Origin: Fimicolochytrium jonesii
Lineage: Eukaryota
Length of the DNA stretch: 64,000 nt
Direction: 5' to 3'
NCBI RefSeq assembly: GCF_025526975.1
Contig: NW_026515698.1
Location: forward strand, 248,001-312,000
In this document: piece by piece, positions 26,433 to 39,426 of the stretch
Layout of the letters: each line of letters starts with the position of its first letter
Position numbering within the stretch: the stretch's first letter is position 1
Made by a program: the position numbers and the translations under genes
Notes under the pieces: generated by a model
What the model saw: the letters and a program-made list of their open reading frames with translations, nothing else
Databases searched by the model: none
Told to the model about the DNA's origin: nothing

Positions 26433-27221
26433 TCAAAACCCAAAAACACTCATCCCCCCATCCACCAACAAAACCTGGCCCGTAACATACGCACTCGCAT
26501 CACTCGCCAAAAACACCGCCGGCCCCACAAGCTCCGCCACCTCCCCAATCCTCCCCATCGGCGTGCGTTCCAACACACTCCCCAAATACTTCTCATCCCC
26601 CAACACACCCTCCGTCAACGGCGTGCGGAAATACCACGGCCCGATCGCATTCACTCTGATATTAAAGGGCGCCCATTCCAATGAGAGGATACGCGTCATG
26701 TGGTCCAGCGCGGCTTTGGATGCGCCGTAGACCACTCCCGTGCGTAATGCCACCGACCCGGCGACGGAGGAGATGTTGATGATACGACCGGAGACATTGT
26801 GGTGTTTCATGTGGGCTGCGACGGATTGGGAGAGGGTGAATGCGGATTTGAGGTTGGTGGACATGATGGTGTCCCATTCATCTGATGTTACGTCGAGGGC
26901 TTTGTTCCGGATGTTGGTGCCCGCGTTGTTGATTAGGATGTCGATGTGGCGGCCTGGGGGGAGTTGGGAGACGATAGAGTCTACGATCTGGTGTGCGGCG
27001 TCCTTCTGGGAGAGGTCAGCGGTGACGGGGTAACATTGCCGGCCCAATTTGCGGATTTCATCGGCGACGGCGTCCAAGTCGGCGGAGGTCCGGGCGATGA
27101 TGGCCACGTCGGCGCCGGCTTCGGCGAGGCCGATGGCGAGGGCTTTGCCGATTCCGCGGCCGGCGCCGGTGACGAGGGCGGTTTTCTTGGAGAGGGAGAA
27201 GGAGGGGAGGTAGGTGGGCAT
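26433..27221 (-). CDS. Short-chain dehydrogenase/reductase (gluconate 5-dehydrogenase/KduD-like), intronless
   Basis: TGAGRGIG, NNAG, catalytic YGASK, VTGQVLLVDGG. Confidence 0.92.
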   Translation of the reverse strand: MPTYLPSFSLSKKTALVTGAGRGIGKALAIGLAEAGADVAIIARTSADLDAVADEIRKLGRQCYPVTADLSQKDAAHQIVDSIVSQLPPGRHIDILINNAGTNIRNKALDVTSDEWDTIMSTNLKSAFTLSQSVAAHMKHHNVSGRIINISSVAGSVALRTGVVYGASKAALDHMTRILSLEWAPFNIRVNAIGPWYFRTPLTEGVLGDEKYLGSVLERTPMGRIGEVAELVGPAVFLASDASAYVTGQVLLVDGGMSVFGF

Positions 27222-27542
27222 GATGTTTGGGGTTGGGGTTGGGGGATGTCGAAAGTGCAAAGATGGGCAGAGAGGATTGACTGCGAAAACCTGTTGGGAA
27301 AAGTGGGCCGCGTGTGGTCGCCCCCAAACACCCAATGGACACATACAGACCTGCATACAGACGGTCAGGAAGGTGCTTTCTCTCACCGCAAACCATCCCA
27401 TTGCCTTATCATCTATGCTCGATTTGATGCACTCCATACGGTAATAGATGGGTATCCCAATGAGTTCATGGATATGTCACAAATGTCTGCTCCCTCGCTT
27501 CCGTTATCGCCCCCAAGCCCACTTGGTCCCTTGCTCGTTCGC

Positions 27543-28764
27543 TCACCCTACCGACTCCCTATCCCGCAAAGACCCCTTCTTCTTCACACTCCCCCGTCCA
27601 CTATCCCGACTCGGCTGATTCCCACTAGCGGCCTGGGCATTAGAAGCTTCGACAGCGGCGAGCCCACGCAGTTTCCGAGTAGATGCAGTGAGGTCGGTAG
27701 CTGCGTTGGACGGGGAGTAGAGGGTAACCTGCCGAATGATATGGATATTATAGTTGGTCCACGCGCAAAACACCGCCGTCCCTGTAAACAAAGGGTTCGA
27801 CATCAGACCAGAAGATCGCCCCAATCGCATCACACTCGTTATAGAATGCACAACTTACACATAGTAGCAATCCCATCCCCAAGCACCGAGTACGGACCCG
27901 CCGTATACGCCCCAACCCCGATCGTAACCGGGATAAACACCGCGGCGATGCAGCTTGCTTGTTTGCGGATTGTGTCCAAAACCTTGACAGGGGAAACAGC
28001 CGCACCATCCCCAGTCCCCTCCTCCACCGCGGCCGCCAACGATCGTTTGATCGTCGTCACCAGCCGCAGAACCATGATGGAGGTCACCATGATGTACAGT
28101 GGGGTGTACATGGCGGAGACGGTGAAGAGCCAGCTGCGGATGTCGTCTAGGTCGGTGGTGGGGTCACCGTGGACGCGGCGGATGGCGAAGAGTGTGGTTG
28201 TGCCGAGGAAGCCGCCGAAACAGGTTGTGAACAAAAGAATGTTGGAGGTTTTAATGAGCGTGTGCCAGCGGATGTCGTATCGCATGCAGGATTGGATTGC
28301 TGCGAGGAGGCCCTGGGTGCGTGGAATGGAGTGAGTTGGAGGAGTGAAGCGAAGCGGAGCCTTGGGACGTTGACGGGCAGCAGGCTCGCTCGCCCTGAAA
28401 CCGCGACCGCTCGCTTGGTTCAGCCACTCACTCACCTTACCTGAAGCGAAAACAGTAACAAGAACGACCCAAAGATAAAGAACCCGTCCGGTATCCGCAG
28501 ACCCCTATCACACGTCCCCGCACTCTCCCCGCCTTCATTCCCATCCGTCGTCGCCGCGCAACCATACCCAGTATGAAACGACAGCGCATACACAATCAAC
28601 ATACACGTGTGCGCGAGCGTTTGGAGATAATTCCTGGGTGCGCCTTCTGCTCGTAGGCCGAGGTGGTGCCGGCCGACATGGGCGAGGCTGAGGAGGCCGA
28701 GGAGGTTTGCAAGGGTGTAGCAGGTGAAGCTGGTGATTATCGAGGCGGTCAGTGGTGGTGGCAT
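27543..28764 (-). CDS. Multi-pass membrane protein of unknown function (about 6-7 TM), two introns
   Basis: Three ORFs rich in hydrophobic helices, joined at GT-AG sites. Confidence 0.55.
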
Positions 28765-31700
28765 TGCCTTTGAATGGAATGCGAGTGGGGGGTGCTGGAG
28801 GGAGGCCGGGTGCAGGGAGGGAGGGAAGGGGCATGGATGGATGGGCCGCTATTGTTTGGGGTAGGCGGTATGGCTTTGTTGATATGTATGCAAGGAGAAA
28901 AAGCCAGGGCAAGCAACGGGACACCTTCTGGCCAGCAACGATGAACGCGTGTGTCACATCGCACGGGGCGCCGAATGAAATACTTTGTGAATTTGCATAT
29001 ATTGCCATGTGCCGGTGGGAACACAGGCGCCGCGTTGGTGCAACTCATGCCGGCATTCGCAATACGGTAGTGTGGACGGGCACTTGGACGGATGCATCAT
29101 TCAACCTGGTCTCCCAGACTGCGTGCTGCCTCCATGTGTACTTTTGCATGACATCACGATGTCCGCGCCTTGCATTTGTCCCTGGTTACGTCCAAATCTC
29201 GTTCATTTCCCAAGACCTAACCCCCTCTCCTATTCGAAGACTTCATAAGACAGTCCTTCTCCGAATCATCCCAGTCGTACATTCGTAGGAGTGCATTCTA
29301 AAAGGCCCAAGACAAGAAATTTGGATCTACGGATCTAATGATACTTTTCCCAACTGAAAAATTCGTGGTATAAGAAGGAAGCAGACCGACAACTCCGGTT
29401 CGTTTAGTCCGTATGCAAGGGTTTTTGCCGATGCGGACAACCGAAGGACCTTGAAGTGCAGATGGATGTGGTTTCATGCAGGGGCAGGGCGAAGTGCAGA
29501 TGGATGTGTGTTTCATACGGGGCGAGAGCGAAGAGACGAAGGTCGCCTCCCCACTCATCCACCCACCCGCGCCTCTCCGAACGCCAGATCACTTCCCCAC
29601 TCTCGACCATCGGTGTCAGAAAGCCAACCAGCGATCGCAATATTGTTGCTCGACAAGATAATGCAGTGGTCCACGCAAATACTGCAATTGGCTGCTTCCC
29701 CTTCCGACCCTCACCCTCCATTTTTGACAACTTTTGACAGTCCGCTCATGGAAATGTTCATCACGTCATCAGCGGTGTTTACGCTGGGCTGAGTGAAAAC
29801 GAGCCGTGAGGCGCCTCGGGGAACGTGTTGGGCCAGCGTTGACTTGATAAAAGCAGCGATGTGCCCATCATTTTCGGCGAGAATCCTCACGTCCCGTTTT
29901 CATCTACCGTTGTCGTTGACGCTTGTGCGCATCGTTCATCGCTGCGGTACTCCTCGTCGCTGTTCCTGGTCCGGCCAACTGTCGACGGATTCCACGCCTC
30001 CCCCACCACAGCCTGGAGGATCAGCTCGGGTTAGGATCAACTCGGGAAGACATCTACCGCCGCTCGGAGGGTCCAAGCAACAACTGCGATGTTGGCCCGC
30101 GACGGGAAACTTACTGAATCATTGCGACAGACGAGCTCATCGCAAGGCAGTTCCGGGAGGAACTTGCGCGGAACTCAGTCAAAGGCGCAAAAGAACGGTA
30201 TCCATGGCTCTCAAGCCCGGAGCGACAGAAGGCCGCCGTTTCCACACCAAGGCAACCCGTCGTCTGGCCGATGGATGGCAACATGCGCAACACCAGTACA
30301 TTGCCTGTTCCTTCGCCGCATGTGAGGACGATGCAGACGGGGAAGCATCAGAAAAGAAACACATCTGACAATGACTTATCAATGGCCTGGACCGTGCCTA
30401 CACACTTCCACGCTGTCCATCTTCACCGCTATCCGCCACTTCCAAGCGTGCAGATTAACCCACGGCGTCCGTCGTCCGCGGCATCGACTCGGTCGGTCGG
30501 AAGCCGAAGCATCCCACTCCACGAACAAAGTGGCTTCCCCTGCCCCCCCTACCCGTTACCCGGCTGCGCTCTTCACTACGCATGTCCGGAAAGGGCCTCA
30601 ACAACGCAATTCATACCTTCATCGGTCTTTCGCACGCTTCTCCAAACGACTACTACCTGGCCGTCGTCACCAAAGATGATACGTACTTCGATCAACAGCC
30701 AGGGGCATATGACTGCAGAGGATCCAGCTCCGTTCTTCGACACACTCTTCAACAGGCCGGCGTCGTCTTGCAACATGTCGATACCGGTCTCCACGGCGCC
30801 TTACAAGCCGATTATCCGAACGATCACTTGTTCATTGACTTCGGTAAAAGTGTAGGACCCATTCGGTTTGTGAAAGGGACTGCAGCGGAAATTCCGGGAA
30901 TGTTTTTGATGCGATGGTTATAGACTTTTTGTTTTCGATGGCACCACGCTCTCGGCCTTTCGCAAGCTAACGACAAATGCCTGGTGGTGTCGTCACCGAG
31001 ACGCAGTTCGACTTCTCCCGGTCCCTCTTCCGCTTCTGACATGGACAAATCAAGTCACCGACCATCGCATGAGAAATTGTTGGTTCTCTTATGCTTGTCT
31101 TTGCTGTCTCGCCGTACTTCGACCGACCAGCAGTCAAGGCGGCTTGGCTCTATCGATCTCAAAAACTCCACCAAGAGGGACATGACGATCAGGCCAACAT
31201 GGGCACGGCGAGCGTCGGCGACTCGGCGACGGCGACCCCAAGAAAGCAAGCTGCACGACCCGCACAGCCACAGGTCCCTCGACCTCGGCACACAGGGGGA
31301 TCAAGGAATGCGCCGCCCCTGTACAACTCATGAAAACTACCATACACAAACGCGCTGTGGCTCCCGGTAACGACTTGCTTCCCCACCTCAGCAGCATCCC
31401 TTGCCTAGGAGATGTCCTGGGTCACAGCAGAGCTCAACGGAATCGCAAAGGCTGTTGCTACGACCGAGCGATTTCCGGCGATGGGTCGCACCGACAAAAC
31501 CGGCTCCTCTTCGCTCCTCGTCGCCGAAGGGCATGACTCCCTCGCCGCCTACCTCTTCTTTCCTTCGCAGGAACAAGGACAAGGCCGTGAGCGACAAGCC
31601 AATCGCCAGACTTCCTAGACGACTCCCCTATGGACATACAAGTCGTGCCGGTCTTTTAACACCGCGCGGACGGGATCCGCCTGGAGGACCGAAAGGCCCT

Positions 31701-32089
31701 GAGCTGTCGGAAGGCTGATTTCGCATGTCTGCCTGAGCTGCGTTCCACCGGCTGCAAGTAAGCCCATATGCCCAGCACACTTAGCAGACAACAAGCATCC
31801 GTTTGGTGAGTTTTTCTCTACCGTGGTGCCAGTGCCGGCGGTCCATGATGAAGGCCACTAATCTTCCAATCCGCTATCCTCATCACCCCATCCAGCCATG
31901 GATCTGCAGTCATGTAATGTGTGGTGCGAGGATTGTAGGCAGTCTGTGTACGCCGGCTTGCTCCGACCCCTGCGGAGACGACTTGTCGTTTGAGCGAGCA
32001 TCCAAGCCGGACTTGCTGTTGCAGGCCGGAACGAAAGTGTTCTTCGAGATCACCTCGGAAGACGGCACTCAGATCCGATTCCCCGCTAG

Positions 32090-32232
32090 ACCCGAACGTG
32101 AACCTAGAAGCTATCAAGGAAGACGAGAAGGCGCCTGACGCCTCGACGTACCAGTCGATGATCGGGTCGCTGATGTATTACCTCATGATCGGAAAACGGC
32201 CAGATATCGCTTTCGCAGTGTCTCGGCGATAG
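32090..32232 (+). mobile_element. Ty1/Copia reverse transcriptase C-terminal fragment
   Basis: YQSMIGSLMYYLMIGKRPDIAFAVS matches the Copia YxSxVGSLxYLxxTRPDIxFAV motif. Confidence 0.8.
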
Positions 32233-32497
32233 CCCTTTCAGGCAGTAGGGCTCCTCCCATTGACGCCAGCCTATACACGTCAAATGTCCTCCTGGAACTT
32301 TCTTGAACCTTGAGACGAACTTCAACGGACAATACCGGCTGGCGATAGGGCGGAAATGTCTCACCTGCGACACGACCATCAAGCCACACATCTCGCAGCC
32401 AGTTGAATTCCTTTACACATACTGTATAACTTCTTTATATAGCGACGTTTTACCGCCGAGTGCGCCGGCTTTTGCAAAGACGAGGATGGACATTAAA

Positions 32498-32950
32498 TCT
32501 CCAAGTGAGTCAGTCAATGAATATTTCCACCCGCACTACCGCACTAATGACCGAATCGTGTTGCAACTAGTACATGGCAATCTACAAGGATTGCACCCTG
32601 AGAGTGCTTCAAGAAGACATGCGGGCGTTGAGTTTTGCCTGCGAGTGGTTGCCTTGTGGCGTCCGTTTTTGGCACATCACGGTGGGCATATTTGATGGTC
32701 CCTTAATATTTTTATGTAAGTATGTGAACACCTTGTCGCTAGAAGCTCCACACACTAAGCAAGGTACGTTTTCAGAAATCTTCATGGGAGATGGATCTAG
32801 CATGGATCTAGCATGGATGGACCTTGAACCTCCAGGTGAGTGAGTCAATCAATTATTTCCAGCCGCACTAATGACTGAATCGTGTTGCAACTAGTACTCA
32901 GCGATCTACAAGGATTGCACCCGGAGAGTGCTTAGAGAAGATTTGCGGGC
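32498..32950 (+). repeat. Diverged direct duplication of about 115-130 bp containing an intron-like unit
   Basis: About 32498-32628 matches about 32830-32950; both contain gtgagt...ctaat...gaatcgtgttgcaactagtac...atctacaaggattgcaccc. Confidence 0.8.
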
Positions 32951-35900
32951 GATGCGTGTGCCGCGTCGACCCCGAGCGGATAGACGCCCACACCGCAATC
33001 CACTCCCCAAGGCTGTCAGATGCTTCCGCCCCTTGGGGAACCGGAACCCCCTCGGTACCGGCAACAACCGCTGTCCAATCAAGTCCCCTCACGATAGCGG
33101 CACGAACTTGGTGCCGCAGCTTAGTTCCGCAAGCTGCTGTTCGCAGAACCATGTCGGCGCCGCCATCCATCATCCATCAAGCAACTGCTATCCACTGCCG
33201 ACTCGCTGTCCCTCGTAGGACACCCTACTACACTCACCAGCACGCCCAATAGGATCACTACTTTTTATACCGACGCTGGGGTGCGTAAAGAGTCTCACGT
33301 CCCGTCGTAGTCTGACAAGGAAGTGGGACCAAGCTGGAAGGTCGCTGCTTCTAGAATCTGTTCCTCCTCAGGCGAAGGTCGCCTATAAGGAAAGAAAGCT
33401 ACGACGCATGATAATCGCGTTGATAGACCGCACGGGCATCAAGGTTTACCGTAAGCTGCGCGCCCTTCCGCCATTGGAAGAACTCGACGCTATCCTCGGA
33501 GACGAGCCACTCCGCGCAGAAAACGAGGCACTCTGCGCAAGAGAGGAGGCAAGCCGCGCAAGAGAGGAAGCGCTCCATGCCGAAGTCCGCAAGCTGCAAC
33601 AGTTGGTTGCCAAGTGGCAGTTGCCGTCCGTGGAGCTCCACTGTTCGAACGCCCTGAGCTCGCGTATAAGATTGGCAGTATGTTCGCGTTCGGCACCATC
33701 TCCCCGCCGCGACACAGCAACGCAAAATCCCAACGGCGCACGACTTTATCGGGTCCGCGAAACGTCGCCGTCATCGACGGAGAGGAGGACAGGAGAAGCG
33801 TGTTCGGCGGAAGTACGCAGCGAACGTATTCGCGATGTTCCTCTCCAATCGCCACAACAGCTAGCCATGTGTCCGTGTCGCATGCCGTTCAAGCCGACTT
33901 TGAGGCTACCAAGGCCCTACATGCGGAGATGAAGGAGATACAATCCGAAATGAGCGATTTTGACGAACAGAGTGGTCGGAATCGCAGCACGATGTGATCT
34001 CACCGCCAAGCTGAACGATTCGGAGTTGCAGCGAGAGGCTGAAGACCTAGAAGCTGCCACCACTGTCATCTCAAATCTAGCTCGCTTCAAGGTGCCTTTC
34101 GGGTTGGTCAGCGTAGCGTGCCTGGGACGATCCGAACTTTCCGTGTCCACATACAGTGCGACTCGCTGCGTTTCGCAGGACGACATGAACCCGTACATCG
34201 GAAAGACAAGACCAAATCTCCTCGGCCGACACCGGTGTGGTGGGTGGCGTCGTCGACAACTTCTTGGACCCCCTCAGCCCAAAGCGAGATCTAATGCAAA
34301 TGCCATCTCAGCGCAAGCCCGCCGCCCCTGCCCGAACATCACTTGTTGTCGAGCTTGCGACGGCTGTCGGGGAGCAGCGCGGCCCTGCCATAATCATCGC
34401 TAGAGTGCCAGCGGATGTGTGGCGCCTCGTGTCCGTATATGCGCCGCGCGCTGCAGAGCAAATGTCGAAGGTATCGAAGGACCTCCGATGGGCAACATGT
34501 TCACTACTATTCCAAAGAGCTACTATGACGCCGGTCCGCCACGCACTGAACAAAGAAACGTCCGTCGAAGTCAGGCATCTGACCCTTCATGGAGCCGAGC
34601 AAAGACTTCAGCTATGAGAAACACACGACCCTTTGGAAGTCTATCCCATATTTCAAGAATCTTTCGACAATGACAATAGACGGAATCGTCGGCCCATCTA
34701 TCGTTGAGGACTTTTTTTTTTTGGCTCTGTGGAGCCCAAACTTACAGATTCACCATGACACCGATGGAACGACCAACATGGGTTAATTGAAGCCGGAGAC
34801 AAATAAAGTCGGGCAGGATGTCCTCGCTACCACCGCCTACGCAATCGGAGAGTATCTGCATCAAGTCGATCAAGGCTGCACAAACAAGCGATCAAGGGGA
34901 TGCACGGTCGAACCACATCAATCATCGCAATCAGTTCCTCCAACATGACATCCACCAGACCAGCCATTCTTGCACCGACTGCCGCCGCCCGACCGTGGCC
35001 GTTTCCGATTTGCCTGTCTCGATGCGGCAGAACGGCTTGTACTCGAAAGCCGCGTCGGCAATATCGGCAGCGCTTTGGGGTCGCGAGCTCAATCACATTT
35101 CTGGAGCATATTACGCCGATTACGGTCCCACCACCGCCCCCCCTTTTACAACAAGCCCGCACAGGATCGTCACGTATCCTGTCCTCACCTGGGGTTCCGT
35201 CATGAGTTTCACCTCCCATTTCGGGTGTTACGGACACTGCCACCGACACCATGACGACTACAACCACTCGGGCACAACGTGCATCCTCCGGTGCTGCCAA
35301 GAAGGCTTCGGTCCCGGCACCGAACCCTCAGCATCATCCGGCTCCTACCGCACAGCAGCAGCCAGCACAAACCCAGCAGCAACAACGCCCTCCCAAGACC
35401 AGAACGGACCGGTAGCGACCAGATTGGCTTCGACGGCACGCACAACATCACCTCGTCAGAGGGAGAAGAAAGCGACCACGCTGTGTGGGGGAACGAGACG
35501 GCCTGCTCTCGCTCAGTATCTAGTTCGGCGACATAATTTGGCAATCACAAACTCGAACATCATTGCGGCTTCAACTCGCTGGCTCTCGGACGATTGGGCA
35601 CCAGGGGATTCGGGCCCGTTTATGCCGCCACCTGGTCAGGCAGCAGGACAGCAGGACAGGAAATGGGTTGGCTGCGCTAGAGCTAGAGGCCGACTGGCTC
35701 GCGCATGTGATCACCACCGACGCAGATTTCCAGTATGAAGCCGACGATATCATTTCGATCCCAACCAGCCAAGCATCCCTGAGGAAAGAACCCGACTCAA
35801 AAAGCTGTCCGACCATGATAACTACCCTGATCTCCCGAGCAAATCCCTCGTCGCTGAAGTCTGCACGAGCATCACATATGTCCATGGAAAAATCGTACAA

Positions 35901-38494
35901 GTCGAACGGCTTCTGGGGTTTCTTCTTGTCCGCGGAGGCCTGCTCTTTTAGTCTCGAACGCGCAAACCAACGGCAAGAGTGAAGTCGCAGCCAGAAGCCC
36001 CTCATCATGTCCGAGCGGCTTCAACTTGGCGAACAGATTGTTCGTAGCATCCGTTCCAAAGAGTGAGTAGCGATGCTAGCAAAACGACTCCGGCACCACC
36101 GCCTCACGCACCGACGAGAAAGAGCAACAGCGCTCCTCGCCACACCACGCGCCGCCGCGCCAATGACAAGCGAGCACGAGCGATGCGGGGGAAAGGGGGC
36201 GCCGGCGGTGGCGGTGAAGGAGGCGGTGGCGGCGAGTAATGTGGGGGCCGAATACAAACATTTGCAAGCGGTTCAATTTCCTTCTTTACAAGAGCACCAT
36301 CTCGAGCGAGCAGCAATCCACGGATTGAACCGCATGGGCTATCATGCGACCAATGCGAAGGTATGGAGACTAGTTCTTCTCATCTTTTACGCTGCCAGAG
36401 TAGACGGCTGATCGGCGTTTTCTTTTTGCTGTGGAAATAAGGTTGTGCCGAACAATGTGACCCACTAATCTTCCTTCACGTCACCATCATTGGCCGTACG
36501 CGCGCAACGTGCAACCTCAGCACGGGAATGCTATGAGGCCACCCCCGATGCCCGGATATCAAGGAAGGAACCCGCGGAACCAAGGAATGCCTTTGGCATT
36601 TCCATGCCTCCGGGGGTCCCGCAAACGGCCCCCACGTCCATGCGGTCCCCTCAAGACCGATGTTTCGCATGCCGCAATACGACACCCCCGACTTCTCGAA
36701 CATGTATGCCTTCCAACGGTACCCGCAACAAGGGTATATGGTATCGTTCGACTTGAAAGACCGGCAACCGGTGGGTCTTCTGCCGACCGAGACTGGCACA
36801 GAGGTCGTTCGACGCACCGCGCCAGAGTTTGTGGAGCTTCTTGCAAATCAATCGCAGGGGCACCTCTCTCCGGAAGCTGGACCACATCTTAGGATTCAAA
36901 CTCATTGATGTCGGACCCAACACTTCATCTACTGCAAAAAGCTGCGTCCGATCATGACAAGGAAAAGAAGTTCCTTGCCCATACGAAAGGAAGATGGACG
37001 AGTCGCAAAGGAAGATGGACGAGATGAAGAGGAAAATGGACGAGATGGAGAGGACTATGGGCGAGAAGCAGAGGAATATGGAGACGACATCGAGCTGCTC
37101 AGGAGTGGCGGCCTTCTTCGGTCTCAAGTTGGATGAAAGCTCTGACTACACGGCATGTCCTCCAAACTCAACTACAGTCTACCGATGACATTGCCGGACA
37201 CTGGATACGCCTATCGCAAACGGGCTCGAATCCCATTGTTGGGGACATGGCCGTCGGTCAATCAGTGGGGTGCTGCGACAGTCCACAGGGCTACCCGGAT
37301 GAGCAAAGCCGCCGGCGAGTGCAGGTCGCCATCGTGCATATCGATTCTCGTCCATGTTGCCGAATGTAGGGTCGGCAAGAAGATGCTGAGGAGTTCTTGG
37401 ATTTATCATAGACGGGTTACATGAGGAACTGGTGTCGTTACAGAAAGAAGACGGGAGTGGGGATGCGAAGAGTCCAGATTCGGACGGGAGTTGGGTTGAG
37501 GTGGGAAAGACGGGGAAGAACCTCGTCACGCAGAACGCAAGTCATAGAAGACACAAATTCAGCGCGGCCATGTGCCAGGCAGCGCTGGCGCAAGAAGCGT
37601 TTCGTCGGATTCCGCCAACGCACGCAAGAACTCGAAACTCGCATGAAGACGCAGCAAAGCCACAAAAAACGGACCTCGTGTCTTGCGATGTGTGGTGCGA
37701 GGACTGCGGCAATACGCCTACGACAGATCTACGTCAATCTGCAAGCTAAACGCCGTGCGCGCCGATTTCGAGGCCATCAAGGCGTTCCCTGCCACAACGG
37801 GCGAGATCCGTTAGCGTTAGAGACTGGACGCTCGGCATGCCACACAGCCCACCGACTACGGCACTCTTTGAGTTGTTCGCCCTGCGCTTTCGCGAGACGA
37901 TGGAGGTCAATGTCCTCCCGCGAAGTGGTGCGAAGCCGAGGGGAAACTCGTCGAACAATGTTGCAAAGGGCGAACGCGCCTCGCTACATCGACGGCCGAA
38001 GAGAAGCGAAAGATGGCCGAAGTACTAGGACAACGGTCTCTGCGGTCGGTGCCAGCTACCTCCATGGTCATGGTTATAGCAGGACACCCGACGGGCCCAA
38101 TTACTGGACTACGCCCGGCGACATTGGAGCGGACAGTTAACATAGAAACCAGACTTTGTTTTGACATTTGTAAAACCTGACAATAGAGTGTACACAAAAC
38201 GGACTTTGGGACTGGACGGCATGCTTGTAACATAAATCCTTTTTCCTTTTTGGTGTGAGGGTGATGTGAGGGGGGGTCGTTGCTCGTCCGTCCGAGTCGA
38301 GCGGAGTTGGACGGGGACGCCGGGCGGCGCGGTTGAGAAGCCGTCATTCGTGCCGTCTCCTCGTCGTCCCTTTCCATCCCTCTTCCACCGTTCCTCATCG
38401 CAGACCATCCTCGTCCGCTCGCACGTCCGCCAACCCACCCCCGTCCATACAGTACATCTCTCTCTCGTCTATCCGACCACACCCGCGCAACAAA

Positions 38495-39277
38495 ATGTCC
38501 CAACCCCGCACCCCAACCCCGCTCTCCTCGACCCCACCCCGCACCTCCTCCATCCCTCACACCTCCGGCCGCTCCCCCGCCCGCCCAATCCCCTCCCCCA
38601 TCTCCTCCACCCAACCCCACCCCGCCCAATCCTTCACATCCCAAACCCTCTCCTACCTCTCCTCCTCCCCCCCCATCTTCGCATCAACCGCCAACGCCGC
38701 AATCCACACATTCAACGCGCTGAACCCATTCCCCGCCCTCAGCGGTGGCGGGGGAATGGCGAGGGATCATGCCGCCGGGAGCGCGGTCCCATCCCCGACC
38801 GGGAGCATTTCCCCGGGGGGTAGCATGATCATCACGCCGTTGAGCAGCACGACCAGCCCCATCGCCACGCCGACGTCATCAACAGCAACAGCAAGTGCGA
38901 CGGCAACACATACCGAATTCCTCCACCACATCAAACCCACGCTCCACCCGCTGGCCCTCTCCACGCACGCCTCGTACGCCAGTGCGTTGACCCACCCGCT
39001 CCAAGGCACCGCCGAGATGCTCGGCAAATGCGTCAAGACGTGGGTGGAGAAGGGGGACACGGCGGTGGATCGCACGCGGATGGCATTGGAGAGGGTGAGG
39101 GCGTCCGTGGAGGAGTTGGAGAAGAGGGCGGGGCGGACGTGTGGGGTTTTGAAGAGTGTGACGGTGGATACGATGGCGGGGGTGGAGAGGGGGGTGGGGA
39201 TCGGCGTGGGGATTAGGAGTCCGGTGAGGAGTGCGGGGGGGTCGGCGAGGGGGTCGACGACGGTGGGTAGGGGATGA
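38495..39277 (+). CDS. Hypothetical protein with a Ser/Thr/Pro-rich N-terminus and a C-terminal coiled coil (possibly BORC/BLOC subunit-like)
   Basis: Open ORF with host-like codon style. The family assignment is weak. Confidence 0.5.
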   Translation: MSQPRTPTPLSSTPPRTSSIPHTSGRSPARPIPSPISSTQPHPAQSFTSQTLSYLSSSPPIFASTANAAIHTFNALNPFPALSGGGGMARDHAAGSAVPSPTGSISPGGSMIITPLSSTTSPIATPTSSTATASATATHTEFLHHIKPTLHPLALSTHASYASALTHPLQGTAEMLGKCVKTWVEKGDTAVDRTRMALERVRASVEELEKRAGRTCGVLKSVTVDTMAGVERGVGIGVGIRSPVRSAGGSARGSTTVGRG

Positions 39278-39426
39278 TAGTTTTGGATAGCAAGTTTTGG
39301 GGGCAGGGTGGAAGCGGAATTCATTCATTCAACAGCGATGCAGAACCACCAACAAAAAGAGGCAGATGTACACAAAAGGAAGGGAGCCGCCTGTACGAGC
39401 CCCTCTGGAGCGATATATACACATCC

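Larger units (their letters stand above)
29300..38150. other. About 9 kb of decayed repeat and pseudogene fragments
   Basis: No long coherent gene. Contains a Copia RT fragment, an F-box-like fragment (about 34390-34530), coiled-coil fragments (about 33500 and 37000), internal duplications and a segment shared with 58.3 kb. Confidence 0.55.

Noticed and set aside
26946..28334. 462-aa plus-strand ORF
   Set aside because: Antisense to the SDR and the membrane-protein gene, with no recognisable motifs.
34818..35738. 306-aa ORF as a real gene
   Set aside because: No domain signature, and it lies among frame-broken fragments.
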